From Escherichia phage vB_EcoS_ESCO41, in the sequence record NC_047820.1: a DNA stretch of 50,800 nt; one strand, written 5' to 3'. A model generated the notes under the pieces. The model was not told the origin of the DNA. It made no database searches and saw nothing but the letters and a program-made list of their open reading frames with translations. A program made the translations under genes and the position numbers. Shown here piece by piece: positions 28,501 through 37,204 of the stretch (positions are counted from its first letter, which is position 1; each line of letters opens with the position of its first letter).

Positions 28501-28898
28501 TTGGAAGTGGTGCTGGCGTTAAGAGTCAGTTCATCTTTGACGCAAACAGATTCGCTATCAGTAACGGGATTGGATCTGGTTCCGGTCAGTGGGCATTGCC
28601 TTTTGTTGTTGAGAGCAACCAGGTGTTCATCCAGAGCGCGGTGATCAAGGATGGCTCAATCACTAATGCCAAGATTGGCAACAGGATTCAGTCAAACAAC
28701 TACGTGGCAGGTAGTGCTGGATGGGCGATTGACAAGAGTGGGGGTGCTGAACTCAATAGCGCAACAGTTCGCGGAAGCCTATATGCGAACAATGGTAACT
28801 TTGCGTTTAATGGAACAAACAATACTGTTCAGATTAACAACAATGGAATTACAGTAAACTTACCGAATGGAGGAAGGGTTGTAGTTGGAGTATGGTAA
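25518..28898 (+). CDS. central tail fibre / host specificity protein (lambda J-like)
   Basis: 1126 aa, last gene of the M/L/K/I/J-like array. Confidence 0.8.
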   Translation: MIKNSVVTGRKGGSSKPHTPQEMEDNLISINKIKVLLAVSDGEVDANFSLKDLYLNDVPVIAPSGEVNYEGVKAEFRPGTQTQDYIKGFNDTAAEFTVGRELTTTTPYVISVTNKQLSAVRVKILMPRGVTTKENGDMVGVVVKWAVDMAVDGGSYQEVLLDTIDGKTLSGYDKTKRIDLPSFNSQVLLRVRRVTPDSNNSRVVDAINIQSYAEVIDAKFRYPLTGLIYVEFNSELFPQIPSISTKKKWKIINVPSNYDPVLREYSGTWDGSFKKAWSNNPAWVLYDLITNQRYGLDQRELGIAVDKWSLYDAGQYCDQKVPDGHGGLEPRYLCDVVIQSQVEAYNLVRDICSIFRGMSFWNGESLSIVIDRPREASYIFTNDNVVDGSFAYTFASEKSMYTTCNVTFDDEQNMYSQDIEGVFDLNASLRFGHNPTAITAIGCTRRSEANRRGRWVLKTNLRSTTVSFATGLEGMIPMIGDVVAIADNFWSSNLTLSLSGRVMEVSGLQVFTHFKVDARAGDFIIVNKPDGNPVRRTISKVSADGKTIELNVGFGFDVKPNTVFAIDRTDVALQQYVVTGITKGDGDDEFTYSITAVEYDPNKYDEIDYGVNIDDRPTSIVDPDNMQPPKNIVVSSYSRIVQGMSVETMVVGWDKVQYASKYDVQWRKDNGNWMNVPRTASSEIEVEGIYAGNYHVRVRSISSGGNTSPWSDVVSVGLTGKIGKPDKPTVITASDDQVFGIRVKWGFPEGSGDTAYTELQQIPDNGAGGHTGEENASLLTMIPYPQYEYWHSTLPAGYVNWYRARLVDRIGNASDWSDIVRGMASDDVESIIGEIKVDIENSDGFKYLQQNAIESNGAIQAQAESILENALANDTDVRRMTKENGKRKAEYVQAVNLIADETQARVEALTALKAQIDDEVVASITEVQTALATETEARTTADTALSARLGDTQASLNEKLDSWVDAESAGAQYGVKLGLKYNGVEYSAGMSMELVGSGAGVKSQFIFDANRFAISNGIGSGSGQWALPFVVESNQVFIQSAVIKDGSITNAKIGNRIQSNNYVAGSAGWAIDKSGGAELNSATVRGSLYANNGNFAFNGTNNTVQINNNGITVNLPNGGRVVVGVW

Positions 28899-28904
28899 TA
28901 GATA

Positions 28905-28926
28905 AAGCCCCTTAATTGGGGCTTTT
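28905..28926. terminator. bidirectional terminator between convergent J-like and minus-strand genes
   Basis: AAGCCCC-ttaatt-GGGGCTT flanked by T-runs. Confidence 0.6.
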
Positions 28927-28929
28927 CTT

Positions 28930-29886
28930 TTAATACATGTTTGGGGTAAAAGGAAGTGCCATTGATATGTTTGTATCGAATGGAAATTGAGCACCTGATT
29001 GCGTTGAGTAGTTACCAATTACAGTTCCTGGGGCTGCTCTAACATTTCCACCTGACATACATATTCCCTTATACCTAAGATTGTTGTAACCTCCTGTCAC
29101 TCTTGTTGTTGCTCCACATCTAAGTATAGGAAAGAACCCACCAACATATTGCCAGTTGTTATTGATCTGAATGAACCCACCAAGGACAAATGGCCTCCTC
29201 ACACTTGAGAACACTATCTGCCCGGCGGGATTGCTCATTGTAATGCCAGGGCCAGCTGGCGGTGGTGAGTTGTTGAATATAACCAGATTCACATATGCAC
29301 TTGCCGCAACATCATCTGTACCTCCGTAGTTTATATCCCTACACCATATCGTTGAACCATCTGATTCAAGTGATACGTTTGGGTTATCCCACATGCCAAA
29401 AGGTATTCCAGGAACCGGAAGGCTTGCTGCACCGTTAACTTGCAAACCACCTACGTACGCCGCACTCATCAATCTCGCGTTGTTTGGTATGGCTGTAAAG
29501 TTCGTTGAGTTCTCTACAAGCAACCCCTGATTTCCAGCTGTAGCAGGTAGTATCTCAAAACAACTGCCGTAGAATCTTAATAGTCTACCATTCGAACCAT
29601 TGAAATTTCCGATCCCAATGCGCCCTACAGAATCGTTAACCTTTGAGAAGCTATTGAGGAAGTAGACCTCTGGAACAACATCAAAATCATCAACATACAC
29701 AGCCTGGCTTGGTAGGCAAAAAGCTGTTGAACCAGGTGTCATTGCCAATCCGAAGTCCCATGTTGAGTTAGCAGAATCAAACCCGTCAGCCTGAATTGCA
29801 CCTGACACGGCTGGCGCTCTTAATCCAGCCGTTATCTGCATAGGAGGTCTTCCGTCATTCAAGTCTATAAATATACCCTGAGGCAT
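28930..29886 (-). CDS. hypothetical Gly/Asn-rich protein (possible fibre or receptor-interaction protein); start ATG 29886
   Basis: 318 aa; RBS AAGGAG 7 nt upstream; TAATG overlap with the lipoprotein gene. Confidence 0.5.
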   Translation of the reverse strand: MPQGIFIDLNDGRPPMQITAGLRAPAVSGAIQADGFDSANSTWDFGLAMTPGSTAFCLPSQAVYVDDFDVVPEVYFLNSFSKVNDSVGRIGIGNFNGSNGRLLRFYGSCFEILPATAGNQGLLVENSTNFTAIPNNARLMSAAYVGGLQVNGAASLPVPGIPFGMWDNPNVSLESDGSTIWCRDINYGGTDDVAASAYVNLVIFNNSPPPAGPGITMSNPAGQIVFSSVRRPFVLGGFIQINNNWQYVGGFFPILRCGATTRVTGGYNNLRYKGICMSGGNVRAAPGTVIGNYSTQSGAQFPFDTNISMALPFTPNMY

Positions 29887-30128
29887 TATTTCCACTCCTT
29901 ACTACCGTGATCTGCAACGGAGCCGCCGTAACCTCCGCCATTGGCCTTAATTCCATCGTAGCGCACGTCAACTTCTCCAGCCGGCACAACCACACCATTT
30001 TTCCATTTAGCCACGCACACTCCGTTTGATTGCGTTGCACACCAACCATCAGGGCGAGGACCAGAAGAACAACCTACCATCATGATTGCTGCTGCGGCGA
30101 TGATTGAAAGTTTGATTAAGTTAGTCAT
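29886..30128 (-). CDS. small lipoprotein, Cor-like superinfection-exclusion candidate
   Basis: Signal peptide plus lipobox MVGC in [22 protein letters not shown]; about 80 aa; adjacent to tail-fibre genes as cor is in FhuA-dependent phages. Confidence 0.45.
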   Translation of the reverse strand: MTNLIKLSIIAAAAIMMVGCSSGPRPDGWCATQSNGVCVAKWKNGVVVPAGEVDVRYDGIKANGGGYGGSVADHGSKEWK

Positions 30129-30168
30129 TTCTAATTCCTCATTAAGTGCGTTTCGTTTCGATGGAGTA

Positions 30169-30211
30169 ATAGTATCGCATCCTTGCGATCAGTGTTTAGC
30201 AATTAGTGCTA
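30169..30211 (-). promoter_or_regulatory. palindrome-promoter cassette (minus): TAGCACTAATTGCTA + 22 bp + TACTAT
   Basis: Palindrome (plus 30197-30211) overlaps the Rha-like stop; leader CCATCGAAACGAAACG at plus 30149-30164. Confidence 0.6.
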
Positions 30212-30856
30212 TTTCTTTTCCAGCAGCAGCTTGATATCAATGCCGAGATTATTCTCAATCAGTCCGGTCAGCGCATCAGTCTTTTCCTTAAGGGCGAAGC
30301 ATTGAGCTTCATATTTAAATCTTTCCTCCATCTCATCAGAACGACCGACCCAACACTGGCGAGCCTCACAAGCCAACATGTCGAGCTTTTCATCGGTATT
30401 CTTATCCATCAGCAGGATCTCATTTATTCTTTGCTCCGCAACAATGCGCTGGCTCAGGTGTGCATTTTGCGCATTAGCTACACCAAGCATCATGCGCGCC
30501 TCTTTTAGTTCATCAATACTTACCATCTGGCTGATTACCTCAGCTTGCTTTTTAACTAACACCTCAAGCTCATGAAGCCTACGGATAACTTTGTGGCGAA
30601 GCAAGACGCTGTAGCCAGTGATTAGCGTTTCGGTGAGCTCCTTGTCTAGAAGAATCTCAGAATTATAACCTCGACCATCTTTAAGTATCTGATATTGCTT
30701 ATCATCCAAAACTGGATGATCGTTATATTGTAACAACTCATTGATCATATCCCTTGCATCCCTCATTACGTGGAAGTGCTCCTTTCCAGTTAATCCAGCG
30801 ATTTCCTTTGTGCTCATCATGGTTTTTGGTTGTTCTTTGTACGCTTTAATGTTCAT
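30209..30856 (-). CDS. Rha-family phage regulatory protein (antirepressor-like); start ATG 30856
   Basis: MMSTKEIAGLTGKEHFHVMRDARDMI resembles the Rha N-terminal domain; RBS GAGAGATTAAA before 30856; longer ORF-track N-terminus is probably 5' UTR. Confidence 0.5.
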   Translation of the reverse strand: MNIKAYKEQPKTMMSTKEIAGLTGKEHFHVMRDARDMINELLQYNDHPVLDDKQYQILKDGRGYNSEILLDKELTETLITGYSVLLRHKVIRRLHELEVLVKKQAEVISQMVSIDELKEARMMLGVANAQNAHLSQRIVAEQRINEILLMDKNTDEKLDMLACEARQCWVGRSDEMEERFKYEAQCFALKEKTDALTGLIENNLGIDIKLLLEKK

Positions 30857-30926
30857 TTTAATCTCTCTATATGTTTTGACTGCGAAAATTTCGTATTCAA
30901 ACGGCACCATCGCCGCCATGCGCCTA

Positions 30927-30969
30927 AATATACCCAGATATAGCCAGTTGTCTTTAGCAATTCGTGCCA
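30927..30969 (-). promoter_or_regulatory. palindrome-promoter cassette (minus): TGGCACGAATTGCTA + 22 bp + TATATT
   Basis: Plus 30955-30969 palindrome with one half-site mismatch; -10 at plus 30927-30932. Confidence 0.5.
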
Positions 30970-31035
30970 TTTATCGCCAATTCCACCATAAATCACGGTT
31001 ACACGTAACCGATGTAACTCGATGTATACAATCTC

Positions 31036-31165
31036 TTCCGCGAAAAATGATATACGCGCTGTTACGCTGATTTACGCAATGGTTACATTAAAATATCTAT
31101 ATATATCAACCTTTTACTCTTATTATTATTATTATATATATTACTGTGTATATCATGTAACTACT
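31036..31165. repeat. AT-rich element paralogous to 252-344: ATACGC-type repeats, (TTA)n tract, TACTGTGTA motif
   Basis: Aligned by eye to the left-end element; lies between divergent transcription units. Confidence 0.55.
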
Positions 31166-31366
31166 TCTATAGAGTGTTCCGATTATAAATTTCTAATATG
31201 TACATTTATACAGTATTTAATCATACGTATACCAATGCACCATCCGATGAAAATGATATACACGATATACGCGACGTTTACATTGAGCTATAGCTGGTCC
31301 GGACAGTCATTTTATGTAACTACTAACTATGTATACACCAAGTTACAGATATATACGCGTAACCTA

Positions 31367-31394
31367 TTGACTAATGCAACCAATAGCGTATAGT
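31367..31394 (+). promoter_or_regulatory. sigma70-type promoter TTGACT-N16-TATAGT for the recombination operon
   Basis: -35 31367-31372, -10 31389-31394, then leader CATCAACAACGAACGAGG and ATG 31428. Confidence 0.55.
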
Positions 31395-31427
31395 CAGCCA
31401 CATCAACAACGAACGAGGATTAAAGAG

Positions 31428-32468
31428 ATGACCAAACCACTGTTTCAATATTTCACTTCAGAAGAAATGAGCAACGACTTTTATCACAGTAAAGATGAAT
31501 GGACTGCCGAGTATGTCTCTGGTTCATCGTTAAGCAAGATTCACAGCACATGCCCTGCGGCGTGGAAGTTCGAAATGAACTCTACGACTAAGGCTCTTGT
31601 TTTCGGCACGCAGTCACACACAAACTTTGAGAGTAAGGCTCTTTTTGAACGTCAATATCGCCGCGCACCGAAAGAAAGCGAGATTGAAAACGTGATAACA
31701 AGCCAGGCGGCATTGGCAGCTAAGTTAAAATCATTTGGCCTGACTGGTACAAGCGGAAAGCAATATCCAGAGTTGATTAAAATGATGGTTGATTGCGGCG
31801 AAGACCTTAACGTCATGTGGCTGATTGACATGATCGCACAATGTCAGGCGTGGGCCGACGGAGTGGAACTGGTTAAGGCTGAGGACTACGACGCCTGCGT
31901 CAGTATGCGCCAGGTTCTTGAGATGATTCCTGAACATAACGCCTGCATGAACAGTGAGACTGCATTCCGTGAGTATTCATTGTTTGGCGTGATTTGTGGC
32001 GTTAAAGTTAAGGTGCGACTTGACCATGTTGACATCGTTAAGGATCTAGAGGCAATACGGCGCATGGGCTACGATCCTGAGATTCACCCTGAAATTGTCG
32101 TCATCACTGATTACAAAACGACAATGAGCGCTAACCCGACCGAGTTCCCTCGCCTGGCGTTCAATCATGGCTACTACCTCAAGATGGCATTGCAGCGTGA
32201 CTTGTTCGTTAAATGCTTTGAAGAAACGCGACCTGTGGTTGTGCGCTTGCTGGCCCAGGAGAAGAAAGAACCTTACTTGCCTATGGCGTACCGGATGAGC
32301 GGCGATCAGCTTAAGATTGGGCGTGCTCAGTATATGAGCGTTATTCATACTTTCTCAATGTGCGAAGCGAATGACGTATGGCCTTCATACAGCAACGGCG
32401 AGCCAGAGATTGAGCTTGAGACTCCTGATTGGATTAAAAAGCAGTTCAATCACATTTTGGAATCGTAG
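31428..32468 (+). CDS. PD-(D/E)xK-family recombination exonuclease-like protein; start ATG 31428
   Basis: Motif IVVITDYKTT with acidic residues upstream; directly upstream of Erf-like and SSB genes; ORF-track start 31374 lies inside the promoter. Confidence 0.5.
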   Translation: MTKPLFQYFTSEEMSNDFYHSKDEWTAEYVSGSSLSKIHSTCPAAWKFEMNSTTKALVFGTQSHTNFESKALFERQYRRAPKESEIENVITSQAALAAKLKSFGLTGTSGKQYPELIKMMVDCGEDLNVMWLIDMIAQCQAWADGVELVKAEDYDACVSMRQVLEMIPEHNACMNSETAFREYSLFGVICGVKVKVRLDHVDIVKDLEAIRRMGYDPEIHPEIVVITDYKTTMSANPTEFPRLAFNHGYYLKMALQRDLFVKCFEETRPVVVRLLAQEKKEPYLPMAYRMSGDQLKIGRAQYMSVIHTFSMCEANDVWPSYSNGEPEIELETPDWIKKQFNHILES

Positions 32469-32507
32469 CACTTTTTGCTAAACACGAATGCGGTGATTTG
32501 CTATAAT
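32466..32507 (+). promoter_or_regulatory. palindrome-promoter cassette: TAGCACTTTTTGCTA + 21 bp + TGCTATAAT
   Basis: Palindrome 32466-32480 overlaps stop; extended -10 32499-32507 within hairpin CGGTGA..TCACCG. Confidence 0.6.
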
Positions 32508-32544
32508 CACCGTAAATCAAACGAAGTAAACAAAGGTATATATA

Positions 32545-33201
32545 ATGCGTACATCAGAGAAGTTTTCGAATGTTTCATCCGCTCTAATTGCAGCTAAAAA
32601 GCAGTTTGCCATCGCAAAAAAATCAGGCTATAACACTCACCTAAAAACTCACTACTCAAACCTGACGGACGTTTTGGAGGCGGTAGAGCCAGCACTGAAA
32701 GAACATGACCTTATGGTTATCCAGTCAAATCTGGACACGTCAACCGAAAAGGTGATGCACATTGAAACGCTCATCCTTCACAGTTCCGGCGAGTGGCTTG
32801 CTTTCCAGTACAATATGCCGATTGAGAAAATTAGCGCCCAGGCATACGGCTCTACGACTTCATACGGTCGCCGTTACGCATTATGCGCGGCACTTGGTAT
32901 TACTCAGAGCGATGACGACGCAGAGATCGCAAAGCGTACGGCAGCAGATTACAAAAAGCTGATCACCAACTGTGATAAGCTGGAAGACCTACAGGTGATT
33001 TATAAGAGCGCAAAGTGTTCACTTGGCGCGGCGGAATGGAAGATCGCAGAAGACCACTTGCAGAAGCGCAAGGCTGAGCTTAGCATTGGTAACGCTCGCG
33101 GATTCCAGCCAGCAAAAAAGGCTGACAATCAAAAGGTTGAGGATAAGGTTGCAAATGCACCTTCTGAACCTGTACAATCTGAATCCATCGAGCAATTCTA
33201 A
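32545..33201 (+). CDS. Erf-like single-strand annealing protein (putative)
   Basis: 218 aa between exonuclease and SSB; functional assignment by module context. Confidence 0.45.
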   Translation: MRTSEKFSNVSSALIAAKKQFAIAKKSGYNTHLKTHYSNLTDVLEAVEPALKEHDLMVIQSNLDTSTEKVMHIETLILHSSGEWLAFQYNMPIEKISAQAYGSTTSYGRRYALCAALGITQSDDDAEIAKRTAADYKKLITNCDKLEDLQVIYKSAKCSLGAAEWKIAEDHLQKRKAELSIGNARGFQPAKKADNQKVEDKVANAPSEPVQSESIEQF

Positions 33202-33239
33202 TTAACGGGGCTTCGGCCCCATCAAAAAAGGAAAATATA

Positions 33240-33683
33240 ATGCCACACGTAATCACTGGCCAGATCCGTAAATCACCATTCACTAAAGAAGGAAGCAACA
33301 ACAACGGACGTTGGAAAATGTATGCCGTCGAACTTTCTGAGCGCATGAAGATTCGAAATCAGAATGGCGAGGATGAGACGGTTTATAGCAACTACCGCGC
33401 TACATTCTTCGCAAAAGAAAACGTTATGCAGTGGTATGATGAAGCGTTCCAGGAGGGAAAGGTTGTTTCAATTTCTGCCGACACTCTTCATTTATCGTCT
33501 CGACAGGGTAATGATGGAACCGTTTACGTCACCGCTGAAATGATCCGGCCTCAGCTGCAATTCAGCCAGCGCGAACAAGCGCAGAAGCAGAGTCAAGGAC
33601 AACAACAGCATCAGCAGAATCAGAGACATCAGCAGCAGCAGCCACAACAACAAAAACAATTCGAAGACGATATACCGTTCTAA
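33240..33683 (+). CDS. ssb: single-stranded DNA-binding protein
   Basis: 147 aa; Gln/Gly-rich linker and canonical acidic tail ..QQKQFEDDIPF. Confidence 0.8.
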   Translation: MPHVITGQIRKSPFTKEGSNNNGRWKMYAVELSERMKIRNQNGEDETVYSNYRATFFAKENVMQWYDEAFQEGKVVSISADTLHLSSRQGNDGTVYVTAEMIRPQLQFSQREQAQKQSQGQQQHQQNQRHQQQQPQQQKQFEDDIPF

Positions 33684-33687
33684 AGAT

Positions 33688-33713
33688 AAGGCCCCTTTCG
33701 GGGCCTTTTTTGT
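33688..33713. terminator. bidirectional terminator
   Basis: AAGGCCCC-tttc-GGGGCCTT with T-runs; separates convergent SSB and tail-fibre genes. Confidence 0.65.
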
Positions 33714-33717
33714 TTGG

Positions 33718-36123
33718 TTAAATCAATCCATAAATAACATTGTGTAACGTAAGGGAGCCAATGGATGGTCCTACGTTAAAGTTTATCTCGGCTCTATATG
33801 CACCCTGAGGAACTGTTGATATAAGAGCGTAAAAAGAGAAGCTACCACCTTGCGGTATGTAGTAACCTACAGATTCCTCAACGGCATTACCAGAAATATC
33901 TAAAAATCTAATACTTGCTAATGCTGTTGTTGTGCTCATGGCCCAAAAGCCGAACTGGAAGTATCTACCCGGTTCGCAATCATAAGCATTAGTGGTAAAG
34001 TTAGCTGATGAGTTTAAGTCCGGTACATTCAAAAGGAATGACCTATCAAACTGAGCAGCTACACCTGTAGGCGCCTGCGAGACACTAGAGACAGCAACCG
34101 ATCCAGAAGAAGTTTGCGACAGTGACCAGTTGGAAGTATTCTGAAACTGGCCGCTGCCATTGCTTAGGCTGTTAATGTAAGGGCTAACAATTGATCCCTT
34201 GCTCCAATCACCAACAGGGAATCCAGCTCTCGGAAAGCACCCTCTCGCGATAACCTTTTTACTAGACCCGCCGACAACTTGCCTTGCTGGGAAACCAGAA
34301 GCAATTGTGGTACTTCCGTATAGGGGAAGCGAACAATTATTCAAGATTACAACGCCATCATCATTACTTACGATTGGAACAGACGTAAAACCATCTGGAA
34401 CAAGAATGGTGGTGTCTTTTATGCTTAATCTCGAACTTCCTGTGACCAGGAATGATACGAAGTTCTGACCTGGCTGATACTCTATATTTCCATTTGAGAA
34501 AACTACCGTCGCGTTATCGGACAGATTTACTGTGGGGTCAAAATAGCCACTCTTTTTACCTGCCGGTAATGAGCATGAATCAAAAATAAACTGACCATTC
34601 TCAAAGGTGATTGGTCCTCCGTTATCTACAATCCAGCAGTGATTAAACTTCATAACTTCACCAGAGTTAGCTCTCGACCTAAAAGTTATTGTCTCATTAA
34701 AACTCCTGCTTATTGCGCATTTATCAAAAAGAATCCTATATGAGTTGTCTAAGAACTCAATTCCACCAGTTGATATGATTCCGCAGTTCTCGATTCTTAA
34801 TTCGCCAGTCTCACCAGATGTTGCTCCACCTATACAGAACTTGCGGGCTCCAAGGCCAATAAATGAAACTCCAGATATCAATGATGTTGATGATATCGAG
34901 TCTCTATCAACATAATCAGTATTTGAGTTGAATATGTTGATGAAATATTCACCAACAGCACCGGGGGACTCTTTAATATTGCACTTGTTCTCGCCTATCA
35001 ATGAACCTTTTGATACGTCTATGTTTATCTGTGATTGCACAAGGCCATCTACAGGCACAACGCAGTCAAGGCCAGCCATGTTTACTGAGTTTATTGGCGC
35101 AGCTATATCACCATCACCAGTGTAACCAGCATCATATACTGTTGCTCTTCTACCGTTAAGTTTACGCCTCCATGTGACGCCGTCTCCTGCAAAAACAGTT
35201 ACATTATTAACCTGAAGTGATGCATCTGACGCGATAAGAGTACCGCCGCCTAGGTTGAATCCAGCCACATAAGACTCAAGCTCAATCGTAGTAATACCAA
35301 TCTCACCTGACAAACTAGATAACTCTGAAACTGATTTAACCTTACCGATTGAGCTTAAACCATCGTAATCAAACAAGTTTGAGTCATAAACCTTAACCCA
35401 TGAATCTACACCAACTCCACCCGTTGAATCTGGCGTAGAGCCTGCTGGAATCGTCTTTGGGAATGACCCAGTCCAGACATAAGACTTAACATCACTTCCA
35501 TTGATGTATAAAACCTGCTGATTTGTAGACTCTACCGTTCCTCCATCTGAGAAGTTTAAAGTTAATGTTCCAGACACAGAGTTTGCCGCTGCCTCTGCTC
35601 TATCGGCGGAAGATGATGCATTGGTGGCGTTAATTTGTGATGATGATGCATCACTTGAAACCTGTTCTGCAATCGTAACAATATCACCGTACTTCGTGTT
35701 TACCTGCTCTGCAATCGTAACAACATCACCGTGCTGCGTGTTTACCTGCGTTACCTTTGATTCAAAATCAGCATAGTCAAAATTGTTAAATGCATCAATA
35801 GCATCTGCAACTTCTGTTTCACGAGACTGATAGTAACGAAGTGTTTCTGCAACATCCTGAGCTAAGCCCTGAACGGTAATCCCATCGTGAGCAAGAATCG
35901 CGTAACCAGTTCCGGCAGGAACAGTTTCAGAATTAGGGTTATAAACATTAATATGCGTATCGCTGATAATTTCTGAGATAGTGTAAATCTGTACTGGTTC
36001 AGTTTTGAAAACAATGGTAGCACCAACGCGAATCAGTGTAAGCGGTGCTTTCCATGTCGTCCCGACGCCAGTAACCTCGCCATTTGCGGCTAGCGATGCT
36101 GTTCCTAAGTCATAAATTGCCAT
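33718..36123 (-). CDS. tail fibre / tailspike protein; start ATG 36123
   Basis: 801 aa; N-terminus MAIYDLGTASLAANGEVTGVGTTW is a phage-fibre-type anchor (recalled from memory); Gly/Asn/Ser-rich body; RBS AGGAG. Confidence 0.65.
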   Translation of the reverse strand: MAIYDLGTASLAANGEVTGVGTTWKAPLTLIRVGATIVFKTEPVQIYTISEIISDTHINVYNPNSETVPAGTGYAILAHDGITVQGLAQDVAETLRYYQSRETEVADAIDAFNNFDYADFESKVTQVNTQHGDVVTIAEQVNTKYGDIVTIAEQVSSDASSSQINATNASSSADRAEAAANSVSGTLTLNFSDGGTVESTNQQVLYINGSDVKSYVWTGSFPKTIPAGSTPDSTGGVGVDSWVKVYDSNLFDYDGLSSIGKVKSVSELSSLSGEIGITTIELESYVAGFNLGGGTLIASDASLQVNNVTVFAGDGVTWRRKLNGRRATVYDAGYTGDGDIAAPINSVNMAGLDCVVPVDGLVQSQINIDVSKGSLIGENKCNIKESPGAVGEYFINIFNSNTDYVDRDSISSTSLISGVSFIGLGARKFCIGGATSGETGELRIENCGIISTGGIEFLDNSYRILFDKCAISRSFNETITFRSRANSGEVMKFNHCWIVDNGGPITFENGQFIFDSCSLPAGKKSGYFDPTVNLSDNATVVFSNGNIEYQPGQNFVSFLVTGSSRLSIKDTTILVPDGFTSVPIVSNDDGVVILNNCSLPLYGSTTIASGFPARQVVGGSSKKVIARGCFPRAGFPVGDWSKGSIVSPYINSLSNGSGQFQNTSNWSLSQTSSGSVAVSSVSQAPTGVAAQFDRSFLLNVPDLNSSANFTTNAYDCEPGRYFQFGFWAMSTTTALASIRFLDISGNAVEESVGYYIPQGGSFSFYALISTVPQGAYRAEINFNVGPSIGSLTLHNVIYGLI
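35661..35744 (-). repeat. intragenic 42-bp tandem repeat (2 copies, 4 mismatches) in the tail-fibre gene, encoding VNTQHGDVVTIAEQ / VNTKYGDIVTIAEQ
   Basis: Direct comparison of 35661-35702 with 35703-35744. Confidence 0.7.
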
Positions 36124-36148
36124 AATAATCAACTCCTATATTGTTGTT

Positions 36149-36163
36149 TAGCACGAATTGCTA
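36149..36163. promoter_or_regulatory. isolated TAGCACGAATTGCTA palindrome 26 bp upstream of the tail-fibre start, with no -10 at the usual distance
   Basis: Direct reading. Confidence 0.4.
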
Positions 36164-36189
36164 AAGCGCATTGTATCATAACAAAGGAA

Positions 36190-36212
36190 TAAAAAAACCC
36201 GCCGTAGCGGGT
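36190..36212 (-). terminator. rho-independent terminator (minus strand) after the primase-like gene
   Basis: ACCCGC-tacg-GCGGGT followed by T7 on the minus strand. Confidence 0.65.
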
Positions 36213-36217
36213 AATTG

Positions 36218-37159
36218 TCATGAATACTTATCTATCAGATCCTGCGGCGTATATAGCTTTCGCTCAAGGCCCATCTTGAAGTTTCCACCGTTCGGCACGA
36301 CGACCTTCAAATCTCTCTCATCAGCCATGTAAAGCGTTCTCAAATCGTCAGCCGGACAAGCTACGCGCAACTCTCGATCTCCACGATAACGATAAGCAAC
36401 TATCTCAAGATTCTCAGGAGAGAAAGTAACCCAGACTTCCTGAATGGTCGCCATCTTCACACGATAACCATCAATCAGATCGCTTGTCATATATATAGCT
36501 GCATCAGCCTCGCCACTCCCCAGCTTAACCACTGAGCCGCGAGAATAATCACGCGCAAGGAAAGTGTATTCGCCATTATCATAAGCAAACATGACGTTAC
36601 ACATATCCTCATCAATTCCGTCATGGTGGACCATGTAGCACGGTAGTGCGTGTATTAGCTCCTCAGTGCCATTCTGACGCACTTTTACGCCAACATCATA
36701 CGAATCCTCAGTTAGGCACTCATACACGCTTAAATCGGTGCTCTCGCGCTTTTCTGTGCGTTCCATTACAGCTACACACGACTCATGATCCGCCATCTTG
36801 CCTAGGCCTTTCTCCGGTACGCGTGACGCCCTGCGGTAAGCTTTGGCTTTGTAATCCTGTGGCACTTTGCCAAGGAATCGACCGAGAATATTAATCACTT
36901 CACTGTAAGGCTCACCAGTCAGCTTCATCATCCAGCCAACACCGGAGTCGTTACCGCACTGATTACAGATTGCCCCACCGTCACCAGGGGAGTTAATGTT
37001 ATCAGTCCAGCGGAAGCGATCCGATCCTCCACAATACGGACAAGCCTGGTGCTTCTTATTAAAAACTCCAGACTGTAAGCCACATATCGACTGCAAGGCT
37101 TCTCGCCATAACCCCTTCATATATGGCAGAACTTCTTCTTTCCGATACATCTCATTCAC
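36218..37159 (-). CDS. primase-like zinc-binding protein (putative; GTG start)
   Basis: CPYCGGSDRFRW..CNQCG zinc-finger-like pairs near N-terminus; 313 aa; replication-module context. Confidence 0.45.
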   Translation of the reverse strand: MNEMYRKEEVLPYMKGLWREALQSICGLQSGVFNKKHQACPYCGGSDRFRWTDNINSPGDGGAICNQCGNDSGVGWMMKLTGEPYSEVINILGRFLGKVPQDYKAKAYRRASRVPEKGLGKMADHESCVAVMERTEKRESTDLSVYECLTEDSYDVGVKVRQNGTEELIHALPCYMVHHDGIDEDMCNVMFAYDNGEYTFLARDYSRGSVVKLGSGEADAAIYMTSDLIDGYRVKMATIQEVWVTFSPENLEIVAYRYRGDRELRVACPADDLRTLYMADERDLKVVVPNGGNFKMGLERKLYTPQDLIDKYS

Positions 37160-37174
37160 TTTGATTACTCCAAT

Positions 37175-37204
37175 AAAAAAGGTTGCACCAATTATGGCAC
37201 AACC
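37175..37204 (-). terminator. hairpin plus T-run (minus strand) that also carries the -10 of a degenerate cassette
   Basis: GGTTGCACC..GGCACAACC hairpin with plus-strand A6 (minus T6) tract. Confidence 0.45.

Noticed and set aside
30857-30970. N-terminal 38-codon extension of the Rha-like ORF
   Set aside because: The extension covers the cassette -10 and leader; ATG 30856 has a proper RBS.
31374-31427. Longer N-terminal start (31374) for the exonuclease-like gene
   Set aside because: That ATG lies inside the TTGACT-N16-TATAGT promoter; ATG 31428 follows the conserved leader and an RBS.
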